Positions 49,620 to 61,386 of a stretch of 64,000 bases of DNA are shown here, in pieces. The notes under the pieces were generated by a model. That model did no database searches. It saw nothing but the letters and a program-made list of their open reading frames with translations, and was not told the origin of the DNA. A program made the translations under genes and the position numbers. Numbering within the stretch: the first letter of the stretch is position 1; every line of letters begins with the position of its first letter. The DNA lies in the NCBI GenBank assembly GCA_964016885.1, contig CAXHJY010000013.1, positions 1 through 64,000 on the forward strand. The letters run 5' to 3'. This DNA comes from Eledone cirrhosa. Taxonomy: Eukaryota.

Positions 49620-50130
49620 GTCAGCATCATTGTTACATCTGTTTTTCCATGCTTGAATTGGTTGGATGAGATATCACCAGTACAATGTCCCTCTACTTGT
49701 CTCCTTTGTCATCTTGAAATACATTTTCACCTCTTCTGCCTAAATCTTTTTCAACCTACCTATACTGCAGTGTCCCTCCACCTATTTCCTTCGCTTGTTA
49801 TCTCCATTATGAGGTTCACTCTCCTGAGATGGGATTTCACCAATCTTCCTAGGCCCACCTCTACCACAACATTCCTTCACTTGTCTCCTTCTTTTCTCAT
49901 CTGCTTTGTCAGGTTCACCCTCCTGGGATCAGCTTTCACTATTTCTACTCAAGTCTTCTTCAGCCCACCCCTACCACTTTGTCCCTCCACTTGTCTCTTT
50001 TGTCAGTTTCAGCATCCTGAGATCAGCTATCACAACTTCTGCCCAAGTCTTCTTCAGCCTACTTCTACTGCATTGTCTTTCCACCTGGAGTTCTCAGTAC
50101 TTCTTCCAATGCCCATCATCCATATGTATT
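49620..50130 (-). mobile_element. Degenerate RTE 3' end with tandemly repeated GRPxKTW-coding segment
   Basis: Tail-like sequence at 49625-49665 and repeated tcttc..agcc.acc..tac blocks. Confidence 0.5.
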
Positions 50131-50274
50131 CAGATGAAATGGAGATCCAGAATTGTTTGGGAGAGAGAAGAGTGGAGCTGATGTAGGTTGGAGTGGTTAT
50201 AGATGGTGTCAGGATTCTATCTAAATCTCATAAACAAGATGATGAAAGAGCATGACAATAGGACAGACACTGAT

Positions 50275-50614
50275 GGAGGCACATGGCTTAGTGGTTAGAG
50301 CATTGACCTTGCAATCGAAAGGTTGTGAGTTCAATTCTCAGACCGGGTGATGTGTTGTTTCCTTGAGCAAGGCACTTTATTTAACATTGCTCCAGTTTAC
50401 TCAGCTGTAGAAATGAGATGATAGGGACTGGGGTCCCTATCATTCCACTGCAAAGTGGTCGTGGAGGTGCCACGGCAAAAAAGCACCCAGCACTCACTGT
50501 AAATGAGGTTGGTGTTAGGAAGGGCATCCAGCTGTAGAAATCAAGCCAGAATCAGTTCCCGTCCCACCCTTGCAAGCAGGGAAAAGTGGACGTAAAATGA
50601 AATGATGATGATGA
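50275..50614 (+). mobile_element. tRNA-SINE with CORE-like middle and RTE-B-type 3' tail
   Basis: A box tggcttagtgg, B box gagttcaattc, middle ccttgagcaaggcacttt. The tail gtcccacccttgcaagcagg.aaaagtgga.gtaaaatga matches the RTE-B 3' end at 30104-30160. Confidence 0.88.
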
Positions 50615-53267
50615 CTGTGAAACTGACCTGCATGATAAGACAGGTTTAACAATGATAATAACTGAAAAAAAAAAAGAGGAATAGATTGAGGACCTCCCTG
50701 AACAATGTTACTTCAGGAGTTCACTATTAAAGTAACATGTCATGAATGGGATAAATCCCCAATAAAAAGAGAAGGGCTGATCATGCATCTGTCGGATTAG
50801 GTCACAGCGACCTATTCAAAGCTGAACCTCTGATTGGACATATAGACACTGTAATGTCACATGTAATAGTACACTCTATCAGATAAATTAAACTTATATG
50901 CTTTAATGTATACTGAATTACAGCATTCTAGTCTCTGTTACTTTCGCTGCTAGTGTGTATGAATGTCTGTATTTGCGTGTGTATGTATATACACACACGC
51001 ACACAGGTGCTGTTGGTATGTTGGAGGTGGTGTCTTAGTCTTACCATGTTGGTGTATGTCTTTGTCATCTTATGAACCTATGGTGGGAACAAAAGGTGAT
51101 CATACACTATAGCAAGTTAATGACCATCATGCACACACACTCAAACACATAAATATATTGATTTCTTACAGCAAAAAATTACATATTTTTAGGAAACAGT
51201 TGAGTGAATTTCTTCCTCCACACACTCCCACATTTATTTGTATATCAATTTGTCTGTATACAACAGAAAACTGACATGTTAATGAGGAAACCTTAACGTG
51301 GTACCCAATCTGCTAGAAATAGCAGCCAAATATCTTTCAAATCGCACCCCACTGGAAGGACATAATGGTTAATGTCATCCTTGATACACTATATCTGAAT
51401 AAAAATGGAATTTTCACATATGTTTTCATAGGTCAGGTGGCTCAGGGCTGACCTGGGGCTAAGCAACACTAAAGAGCAGGCACATGTTTATTTTTGACAT
51501 ACATTGTGATGTATATAATGTTTACTAATTTAAGCCAAAAGCCATCAATTCTGAATGCAAGAGAAAGTCAATGAAATCGATCTAAGTACTTGACTGGTCA
51601 ATAGACTAAAATCTATCGACCCTGGAAGACTGAAAGGTAACGTTTACCTCAATGGGATTTGAACTCAGAATGTAAAAAGTTTGATCATCATCATCATCAC
51701 CATCATTTAATGTCCACTTTCCCTATTAGCAAGGGTTGGACCATTCAAGATTCAAAGGTTGAACAATACAAAGTATTGTTAATAGAAGTTAAAAGAAAAG
51801 GATAATGAATGGTGTAAATTTATCATGGGCCCTGAACATTATTATTCAAATCAAAACTAATCCTATTTCTCTATCTGTCAAGGAAAGAATATTGCGTGTG
51901 TGTGTGTGTGCTTGTGCTCTGTAAAGTGCTAGTGCTGGTGTCATAGTAAAATGCACTCAGCCCAAAATGTTAAGTGGTAGTGCTGGTGTCTCAATAAAAT
52001 GCACTTGGCACATGCTGTGAAGTGGTTGATTTTAGGAAGGGCATCCAGCTGTAGAAACCTTGCCAGAATGGAATGAATGAGGGAAATAGTCATCTTACTT
52101 GTCAATCCTTAGAATGTGAGAACTTGTTTAAGCCATGCAAACTTGGAAAATAGACATAAGATGGTGGTGGTAGTGATGAAGATGATTATGATGATGAATC
52201 TATTGACTGAATAGTGGCTGCCATTCTGTGCCACTACAGTGTCTGGGTTGTCACTAATCTATATATGTAAATTGCCAAGCCTCTCTACTTTCATTGCTAT
52301 AGTTACTTACTGATAGAGATGTCCAGATCTGTTTGTGTGTGTGTTTGTTTCTGTGTGTGTGTTTGTGTGTGTGTGATGCAATGATTCATTATGACAAGTT
52401 CAGTTTCGGCTCTACTTTTTACCTTTACACAATAGATACAGGTCTGGTCAATCAATATGTCTGAATGTGTTTTAATAATTCTGACAGTTGTTGTTCCTTA
52501 TTTGTTTTCACCTGTATTTTGCAGAGGACAGATGGTGGGCTGCTTTCTTTGTTGTGGAGGCAGCTTGTTAGAGCAATTTCTACTTAATGTTATGGAGAGA
52601 AAGGAAAGGGAGAGAAAAAATGAAGCTGTTTTTAACCATGACACTTTATATTACTCTATTTTTCTAGATATTTCATCAGATTTCTGGATGTTAAGCTGTG
52701 TTAGGGCTGCAATGTTGGGTGTGTACAGGTTGACCACCTAGACTTGGTGTAAGATGATATTTGAATGTGTAATTAAATAGTTTTATTGATGCTTGTTTGT
52801 TCCAAGTCAGTCTTGATCCTGCTGCCCACACTTTTTAAAAAATCTGTTTTACCAGACATAGTGAGGAGAAAGGGAATGGGATGATTGGGTCATGTATTGA
52901 GGAAGGATGAAAGGGGTTAAGTGACAGAAATAGATGAAGAGGAAGACCAATAAAGGCATGGCTAAAGATGATGGAAGAGGAAGAAATGAAAGCCACAGGG
53001 TTGGTGAGAAGGGGGTTCAGATGATGGGGGCAAATTAGAGAAGCTTGTCATGGGGCCTGCAAGGCTAACCCCTGCTTTAGCAAGGAGAAATAACCTTAAA
53101 ATGCTTGTTTATTTTTTTAATAGTATTTTGAAGACAATATTATCTGATATTCTTTTTATAAAGCAATAATGTTGAAGTACTGTGTAGAGGTTCTTCCATA
53201 AACTCGTCTGTTTACTTAATCAACTATGGTTAAAACAGAATAAAACCAACTGCAAGACACCAAACTA

Positions 53268-53713
53268 CTGTATATACTCAAATATAAGCTGATCTGAATA
53301 TAAGATGCCCCCCTCCCCCATTTTATGTCTGAGAAATGGATAAAAATCCAAAGCATGTTTATAAGCCAAGGCAGCTAATCAACATATTGTTTAGAGAGCG
53401 TAGTTTTGAAATTCTCATGAGAATAAGATATATTTATGAAGTTTTAATATTAAAAAGTTCAAATTACAAAAAATTGTTGGAAATATTTTCAAGAGAATAC
53501 ATAAATAACACTAATGACTATGTTATTAAAAGTAGAAAAACAGTGGATCATTGTTAAATAATCACCCCAGACATTTTAGACCTTATTTACATATAATTTG
53601 AATATTGACCTTGAATATAAGCTGAGCTCCATTTTACCATTTTTTTTTTTTTTTTTTTTTGTTTTTTTGTCTTTTTGTCACTTATTTCTTGGCTTATATA
53701 CGAGTATATACAG
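53268..53713. mobile_element. Tc1/mariner (pogo/Tc2-like) MITE
   Basis: TA TSD; TIRs ctgtatatactcaaatataagc / gcttatatacgagtatatacag. Confidence 0.88.
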
Positions 53714-53891
53714 TAGATTTTATAATGTGTATTCCATCAATCTCTACTGTCCATATTATCTCCAAAGCTTTGTATGCTTCAGTTGCAGTGTAATGCAAAG
53801 GTAACATGTTTCAGTTTCTCTGCTACCTTCAGAGATGAGATTTTACCTCTCCATCGTATCTATTTATCACTAGGTTGACTGAACAGTTTAA

Positions 53892-54099
53892 CCCTTTAGC
53901 GTTCACATTACTCTATATATACTATTGTACTTTCGTGGTAAAGGCTTTATCTCACATAATATTGAATCTATGAGATTTTGATATTATTTATTTTGAGAAT
54001 AATACCTTAACATCAGTATGAGCGACCGGTTACGGCCGGTTTGTAGAGAGAGTGGGGAGAAAATTCTGGCCAGATATGGCTGGTTTAAATGCTAACGGG
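53892..54099. mobile_element. piggyBac-like MITE
   Basis: TTAA on both sides; TIRs ccctttagcgtt / aatgctaacggg. Confidence 0.8.
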
Positions 54100-54477
54100 T
54101 TAAAGTGGCTGAACTGAAAAGTGTGGTTGTTAGATGATGGAAGATGGTTATAATTGAGTTAGACTAGAAAAGATTAAGGGATCTAGGAAGGACAGATTTA
54201 AAATTTGGGCCTCACTAATGAGTTGATATTGGGTCACGACATAGAGGCATAACACAGGGTCAGGATACATGGTCATAAGACAGGGTCTGTCAACCATTAA
54301 ACTAATATATATTTCTTATGGTACTGTATCATTCCCTCGTGTTGTTTTCCTCAATGACGTTTTGCATATATATATTATACACACACATGCACATACACAT
54401 ATAACACCAAGTTTTTTATATTGTCATGTCTCACTAAAAACACTAACTGATCTTTATATTTTTCTGTCTTGTTTCAG

Positions 54478-54765
54478 GTCTGTAAGAAGGTTCATGCAGT
54501 GTACTTGCGGCCCAAGACTGTTGACGTTGTATACAGTAGTAGCCTCTCTACTGTCGTTTGGGCTGAGTGTCGTCAGGCAGGAAAGCACCCTGTTGTCATT
54601 TCACAGCCCATCTTTACCACTGAGCAGTGGCCACTGTTCAGCAGCTTTCATATTTGCTGTGCATCACCTCGTTTGCAGCTGTCATTGCCTATTGTCACAT
54701 TGGACGTGTTTGTTACGTTGTCCTCCTCGTGTGGTCAGCAGCTTCCTTTCTAGTTGACTGCCACC
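54478..54765 (+). other. RB1CC1: Probable 5' UTR part of the RB1CC1 start-codon exon
   Basis: Branch point cactaac (54441-54447), pyrimidine tract and ttcag| at 54477; GC-richer than flanks. An alternative acceptor cttcctttctag| is possible at 54753. Confidence 0.6.
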
Positions 54766-54833
54766 ATGTTGTACGTGTTTCTTGTTGAGTTAGGCCAGAT
54801 GCTAACCATTGATACTTGCTATACCACTGAGAC
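54766..54833 (+). CDS. RB1CC1: RB1-inducible coiled-coil 1 / FIP200, first coding exon
   Basis: GCCACCATG Kozak context. MLYVFLVELGQMLTIDTCYTTET resembles the vertebrate N-terminus as I recall it (MKLYVFLVNTGTTLTFDTELTVQT). Phase-2 donor AC|gtacgt. Confidence 0.92.
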
Positions 54834-55433
54834 GTACGTATATCTTTACATTCCATCTCTCATGTCCACACATTTAACCCTTTTGATAACAATTGCCTTT
54901 AGCTTCTCATAGTTTTACAATACAAAGCTGTTTTACAAAACTCTCATGATTTTATGTTAGAGCATTTGCTCCAAACACCAGCTTAATGAGAAATAGTACT
55001 AAATCCTCAAAATTTTAGATTGTTTTCTAAAATTATTTGTAAATCACAGGCACTGTTTTTCATTTGAAATATAGTAACCAAAGAAAGGGCTAACAAAATA
55101 GGTATTAAAATGGAAGCTAGAGATGATTAAATAAGATGATAGACACTCACATAAACTAAAGTACAGAGAAAGTGTATTCGTGAATAGGTTTGTAAATAAA
55201 TTTATAGGCACATTTTTAATAAACATAGATGTAGTCTTGATATGTGAACAGACATTGTGGTTAAAGCACAAGCCTCTCTCTGCTGAATGGAATAAAAGAC
55301 AATTGCATCCTGCAGAAGGAACCTGTTGCTTAGCAAGACTAAATGTGTGTTAAACATATCTGTAAATTTGTTTATAATCTTGTCCATAATCTTATACGCT
55401 GTCTCAGTATTTTAGTTAACACACACATACATT

Positions 55434-55512
<79 letters not shown>

Positions 55513-56344
55513 TAGGGTAAACATTGATGCAATTCAATTCAAGCACTCAACGTACTTTTTCCACATAGGAGTGACGGAGTAAATATCGAATAAGGAAAAG
55601 CAAAGTAGTTTCAGATGTTCAAGTCCTTTAAACAACCTTATTATGTAACAAGCTGTCTGATGATGACACGACACTCGCACACAGAACAGTGTGGCCAGTG
55701 TCATCATTGAAATATATATCACAGCATTATTATTAAAGGACTTGAACATCTGAAACTACTTCGCTTTTCCTTATTCTATATATATATATATATATATATA
55801 CATACATATGTATATATATATATATATACATATCATCATCATCACTGTTTAACATATATTTTTTCAGGCTTGCATGGGTTCGAGGGATCATCCGTGTTAT
55901 GATACAAGTCTGGTCTGTTGGCCGTGCCATAGCTTGCTCAAGCGGAACTGTATTTTGGCTGTTTTTTTTTGTTTTTTTTTACAGCCGGATACTCTTCCTA
56001 ATGTCAACCATGTTTACAGTGTGAAACTGAATGGCACCATTATAAGACAGGTCTGTTGGCCACGCCATACCTTGCTCATAACGGGATGGTAGGCAGAGAT
56101 TTTATTGTTGTTGGATGCCCAACCCTCAACTACATTTACAGTGTAGTGGGTGGTCCCGTTATGAGACAAGACTGACCAATTGGTCATGCCTTACCCTGCT
56201 CATAGCGGAACAGATTTTGGGAGCTAGCTGATTAGTTTCATTTGCATATGTGCAAGTCATGGTCATCAGACTTGGCTTGTCTCACAACGGGGCAACTTGT
56301 CTAACCCATGCTAGCATGGAAAATGGATGTTAAATGATGATGAT

Positions 56345-56382
<38 letters not shown>

Positions 56383-56731
56383 TGTATATCTGTCTGTGTG
56401 TGTGTGTTTGTACACAAATCCCTCACAATTTTGAAGGCTTGCATTTCTGAAATGTTTACCATAATTAGGAATTATTTAATGAAAAACCTACTGACTACAT
56501 TCTTTTCAGTGTGATAACTTAAGATGCTTCTTGCGTAATTTGTCTAGGGAATACACAAACAAAAACAAGGCAATACAACCACTTTATACATGAAACAGGA
56601 GTTTCCATAATGTAGTGGGTCTTTGTATAAAATAAATATCTATTTAGTGACATGTCTGTCAATCACATCTTAGTGTTGCTATACCAGTTTGAATTTCCTA
56701 ATAATGGCTGTACAATGTGTTGTTATTTCAG

Positions 56732-56858
56732 GGTGTCTGTTCTCAAGTCCCATGTTGCCAGGTTATGTAGGATTGCTCCAGACAAACAGGTGATGTTGGT
56801 CAGTGGTGGAACTAGTTTGGACAATAGCTGTCGTGTTGGGCACTACTGTGCTGGAACT
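56732..56858 (+). CDS. RB1CC1: RB1CC1/FIP200 second coding exon (ubiquitin-like N-terminal domain)
   Basis: tttcag| acceptor and |gtatgt donor; 127 nt, phase-compatible with the previous exon. VSVLKSHVARLCRIAPDKQVMLVSGGTSLDNSCRVGHYCAGT compares with recalled VADLKHAIQSKYKIAIQHQVLVVNGGECMAADRRVCTYSAGT. Confidence 0.93.
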
Positions 56859-56940
56859 GTATGTATTCAAATTCTACCTTTATTTATGTTTGTGTATGTA
56901 TAAGAAAGAAGTGTGTGTGTGTGTGTACATTTTTTTTGTG

Positions 56941-57270
56941 GAGCGAGAGACTCCTAGTCTCCATTAAGACATCTCTCTAGGATAAGGTTACTCTGATATA
57001 AAACCTGCGACTTCATTTGCATCCTGTGATGTACACTAGTTCTTCTTTTTGGGCAAATGCATTCGATGTTCAGAGAATGGAATTGGTCATGTGCAAAGCC
57101 TTTCTTCACTTAAAAAAGCTTCAAGCACAGGCATTGCTTGATGTGACATCTTTTGTGATATATGGTATTGCTGACCATAGGCAAGTCCCTAGCAGGATTA
57201 AAAAGCCACGTCCGTGATGCTCATGCTTAAGTATCAAGTGGTGGCATTACTCGAAATAGAGTTGCAGCCA
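56941..57270 (+). mobile_element. Second, truncated copy of the bipartite RTE-derived element
   Basis: Shares actctgatata, aaagcttca.gcacaggcattgctt, KSLAGLKSH coding and tactcgaaa.gagtt.cagcca with 10834-11442. Confidence 0.7.
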
Positions 57271-57322
57271 TTATATATATATATATATGTATGTATATCA
57301 TATATATATATATATATATATA

Positions 57323-58946
57323 TGTCAGTATGAGAGACTGATGAATGGGAAGAACGAATGGGAGAGAGAGAAATTACCCTCAGTAGATCTGACAGAGGGA
57401 CCAGCTATTGAGATTGACGAATATAGGGTCCAAGAGGCGATTAAGGAAATGAAAAATGGTAAGGCTGCTGGACCATCGGGGATAGTTGCTGAGATGCTGA
57501 AGGCATCAGGGGACGTCGGCACTAAACTGGTTGCACGCATCATCAATCAAGCTATGTATGGTGGTTAATACCCAAAGACTGGTGCAGCAGTATTCTCATA
57601 AAGGGCTACAAAGGTAAAGAGGATGCTCTGGAGAGGTGCAATTATAGGGGCATAAAGCTGATGGATCAGGTTATGAAAGTGGCAGAGAGAATATTAGCGC
57701 AACTGATTAGAGAAAGGGTCAAATTAGATGAGATGCAGTTTGGTTTTGTGCCTCGGAAAAGTACAACAGATGCCCTCTTCTTAGTGAGGCAACTACAAGA
57801 GAGGTTCTTAGAGAAGAATAAGCCACTATACTTAGCTTTTTTTGATCTAGAGAAGGCCTTTGATAGGGTACGCCGATCTGTCATCTGGTGGTCCTTAAGG
57901 AAACTAGGTGTAGAGGAATGGCTTGCGAGGACAGTGCAAGCTTTGTACAGGGGTTCTGTCAGTAAAGTGAGAGTAGGAATGGAAGTTTAGTGAGGAATTC
58001 CAAATACAACTAGGTGTACCTCAGGGTTTGTTCCTCAGCCCGCTCTTGTTCATTATAGTCCTCCAAGCCATAACAGAGGAGTTTATGACTGGATGCCCAT
58101 GGGAACTTCTCTATGCTGATGATCTGGTTCTTATAGCAGAATCAGTAGAGGAGCTAGAGAATAAATTCTGGCTATGGAAACAGCAGTTGGAATCAAGAGG
58201 GTTGAGAATGAACATAGCTAAGACAAAAGTGTTGATAAGTAGAAGAGAGGACAACACTCTGATTCCATCAGGGAAATGACCATGTTCCATATGTAGGAAA
58301 GGAACTGGCATAAATTCCATAAAATGTACACAATGCAGATCTTGGGTGCACAAGAGATGTAGTGGGATAGCAGGCAAACTAACAGGTATGGAAAACTATG
58401 TATGCAGTAGGTGTACAGGTAAAGTTGGCAGTAGTAATCGCAGTGATAGACACATTTTTCCAATGCAGATGGGTTCTATGGGGGGGGGTTCCAAGACCAT
58501 AGTATCTAGAATGACAGGTTGGAAGAAGTTTAGGGAGTTGCTTCCTCTGTTGACAAAGAAGGGTTTCTTCCTGCGTACGAAAGGACGGTTATATGATGCC
58601 TGTGTGAGATGCGCGATGCTGCATGATAGTGAGACATGGGCAGCAACTGCAGAGGATATATGACGGCTGGAGAGAAATGAAGCATGCCCCGTTGGATGTG
58701 CAATGTCAATGTGCGTGGACGACCAAGCTTAGACGAGTTGAGAAAGAAACTGGGTATAAAAGGGATCAGTGGTGGTGTGCAGGAGAGACGACTGAGATGG
58801 TATGGACATGTGATGCGCATGGAGGATGACCGCTGGATAAAGAAATGCCAAGAAATCCCAGTAGAAGGAAGATGCAGCTGAGTAGCAATAGACCACGAAA
58901 AACATGGGCGGAGGTGGTGAGAGTAGAACTCAGATCGCTGAAACTC
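57323..58946 (+). mobile_element. RTE family B copy, frameshifted, truncated at both ends
   Basis: Collinear with 30104-33053 from CxYER to RSLKL. Confidence 0.92.
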
Positions 58947-58951
58947 TTGGA

Positions 58952-61295
58952 TCGGAACAACCCCATTCTGTATGACTTGGTTTACTATCCGGGTGACCAT
59001 GGTGTGTCCCACCGTTCCAGAGGCTTTCAGCATCTCAGCAACTATTTCCGAAGGCCCAGCCGCCTTACCTGTCTTCATATCTTTGATTGCCTTACTTATT
59101 TTACTACCTTTAACTAACACTGCTGGTCCCTCTATTGGATCGATCTGGGGGAGACTATCCTTCTCCCATTTATTCTCCTCATTTAGTAGCCTTTCGTAGT
59201 GACACTGCCAAGCTACCTTCTTATCAGCGTCAGTGATGGCAAGTACGCCATCATCATTTAGTACACACTTCTCCCCGACAATATCACGGTTTTCCTTGAC
59301 ACATTGCCTAGCAATCCTGAACACCTCACGTTTTTGGTCCTCGCGTTGTAGAACATGCTTGAACCTTCTTTCCTCTGCTTCCCTTCTTGCGAAGTACACT
59401 TGTCCCCTAGCTTCCTTCCTGGCCACTTGATAGTCTTCTCTACTTCCCCCATCCTGCCATACTTTCCAAGCCTGCTTTTTGGCCTTAATCGACTCCTCCA
59501 CCTTACTGTTCCACCACCATGTTACTCTCCTCCTGCCTATAGGCCTGCTCCGGCCACAGACTTCGTCTGCCGCCATCAGCAGGTTTGCTTTCAGGAATTC
59601 CCACTGTTCCTCTATATTGTACGACTCTAAATGCTCTTCCTTACTGTCGAAAGCATCAAGTAATATGCTTTTAAATTTATTTCTGGCTGTAGGGTCCTTT
59701 AGCTTCCATATTTTTCTCCTGAGGATAGTCCTCTTCTGCTGTTGGGTACATCTCGTCCTGACTATGAGGTCGCTAATTATCAGTCTATGTTGGGAGGTGC
59801 ATTCTTCATGGGGGAGGGATTTGGTGTTTACAACAGACACTCTGTCACGTCTTCTGGTAAGGATATAATCTACCTGGCTGGTATGTTCCCTTGATCTGTA
59901 GGTGATCAAGTGAGTGTCTCGTTTTTTGAAGTTAGTGTTACAGATTGTTAGGTTATTTGCGTCACAGAATTCCAGGATTCTGGAGCCTTCCTCATTTCTA
60001 GTACCAAAGCCATAGCCTCCGTGGATTCCATCATAGCCGTCACAATGTTGTCCAACGTGACCATTTAGGTCGCCAGCAATAATAATATAGTCACTGTCGG
60101 TTATTTGGGAGGTAGTGAGCATCAGTGTCTCATAGAAAGTGTCTTTTATAGCGCCAGGCAGTCCGGATTGGGGCGCGTACGCAGATATTATCGTCACAGT
60201 AGTTCTATTTAGAACAAGTCTTATTTTAATTATTCTGTCGTTTACTCTATTTACGTCTATTATCTTATCCACCCATTTTTCTGCTAACATGATTCCTACC
60301 CCACCCAGCCCATTGTCATTTCCCACCCAGAAAAGCTTATAGCATCGTTTTTTACCCACAATGAATCTAGCAGACCCGCCCCTCCACCTGGTCTCTTGGA
60401 TACAGCAGACATCAACCTCCTTACGTTCAAGCATTTCTACAACCTCGTTAGAGCAGCCTTTTAAGGTCCCTACATTCATGGTACCAACTCTGAAGTTTTG
60501 GATTACGTTTGGTGGGTGGGGTGCAGGGAGGGGTGAGGTGGATGGGGTTGGGGTTATGTTGGCCATCCGCGGCCTCAACAAAGGGTGGGGCCTTGCCCTT
60601 TCGTCCGGCAGCATGAGGTGAATTTGTCGTTATCTTTTGCATTGTCTTCGGGTGTCCAGATTCTTCTGACTCTCCAGAAATTCCCTAGTTCATCCATCAT
60701 ATCGAAAAGCAACCAGAAGTGCTAGCATAGGTCGTTTACTTGTGATTGGTCCAAATAATAAGGTGGTGAGTGGGGGCAGGAGGGAGGGGTATGGGGTAGT
60801 TCGCGAGGAGCAGACTTATTTTTTAGAACAACAGTGAGACAGAATTATAGAAAGACAATTATGAATACGATTTTTGATTCTGGGAGACTGTAATATATAT
60901 AGATGAATGAACCGAAGGGTTGGGTGGAGAGTTGAGAAGAAAATGAGATATGTACGTTACATTTCTTAGAAGTAGACTGAACGAGCGACCATCAATAATA
61001 GTTGACAAATTCTGAGTTTAGTTCCCCGTAACAAGACTTATTTATATTTGGTTGGTAGGGAGTGAGAGAGCAGCGTATATGATAGTGAGGGTTAGAGGGT
61101 GAGAGGCGATTTCAGCAGGCCGAGAGAGAGAGGCCATCCCAATAAAACCTGGCAAAATTTTTCGGCCAAAATGGTTGCAGGAATATTATTTCGAACAACG
61201 TGGGGAAGATTTTTAGAAAGACAATTATGAATACGATTTTTGATTCTGGGGGACTGTAATATATATAGATGAATGAACCGAAGGGTTGGGTGGAG
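58952..61295 (-). mobile_element. 5' half of an RTE-A-related element (5' UTR, intact endonuclease, start of RT)
   Basis: Open frame from MANITP through EN to VIQNGVVP, then breaks into antisense RTE-B. Confidence 0.92.
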
Positions 61296-61374
61296 TTGCC
61301 TCAAGTGGGAAAACTCCCGTCCAAACCCATGCAAGCGTGGAACATGGACGTTAAACGATGATGATGATGATGAT
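61296..61374 (+). mobile_element. Isolated RTE-A 3' terminus with (GAT)n tail
   Basis: ttgcctcaagtgggaaaac...gacgttaaacgatgatg matches 28804-28878. Confidence 0.9.
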
Positions 61375-61386
61375 ATGTGTATATAT

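Noticed and set aside
52525-52748. Possible upstream non-coding RB1CC1 exon (ttttgcag| ... |gtaaga)
   Set aside because: Splice-like signals alone are too common to support it without transcript data.
54469-54753. Resemblance of VVWAECR...FHICC to HPS6
   Set aside because: The match is short and inconsistent across frames, and the downstream ATG and next exon match RB1CC1 far better.
58530-60614. 694-aa ORF as a novel fusion protein
   Set aside because: After VIQNGVVP it simply reads into the antisense strand of an RTE-B fragment, so it is a by-product of the junction.
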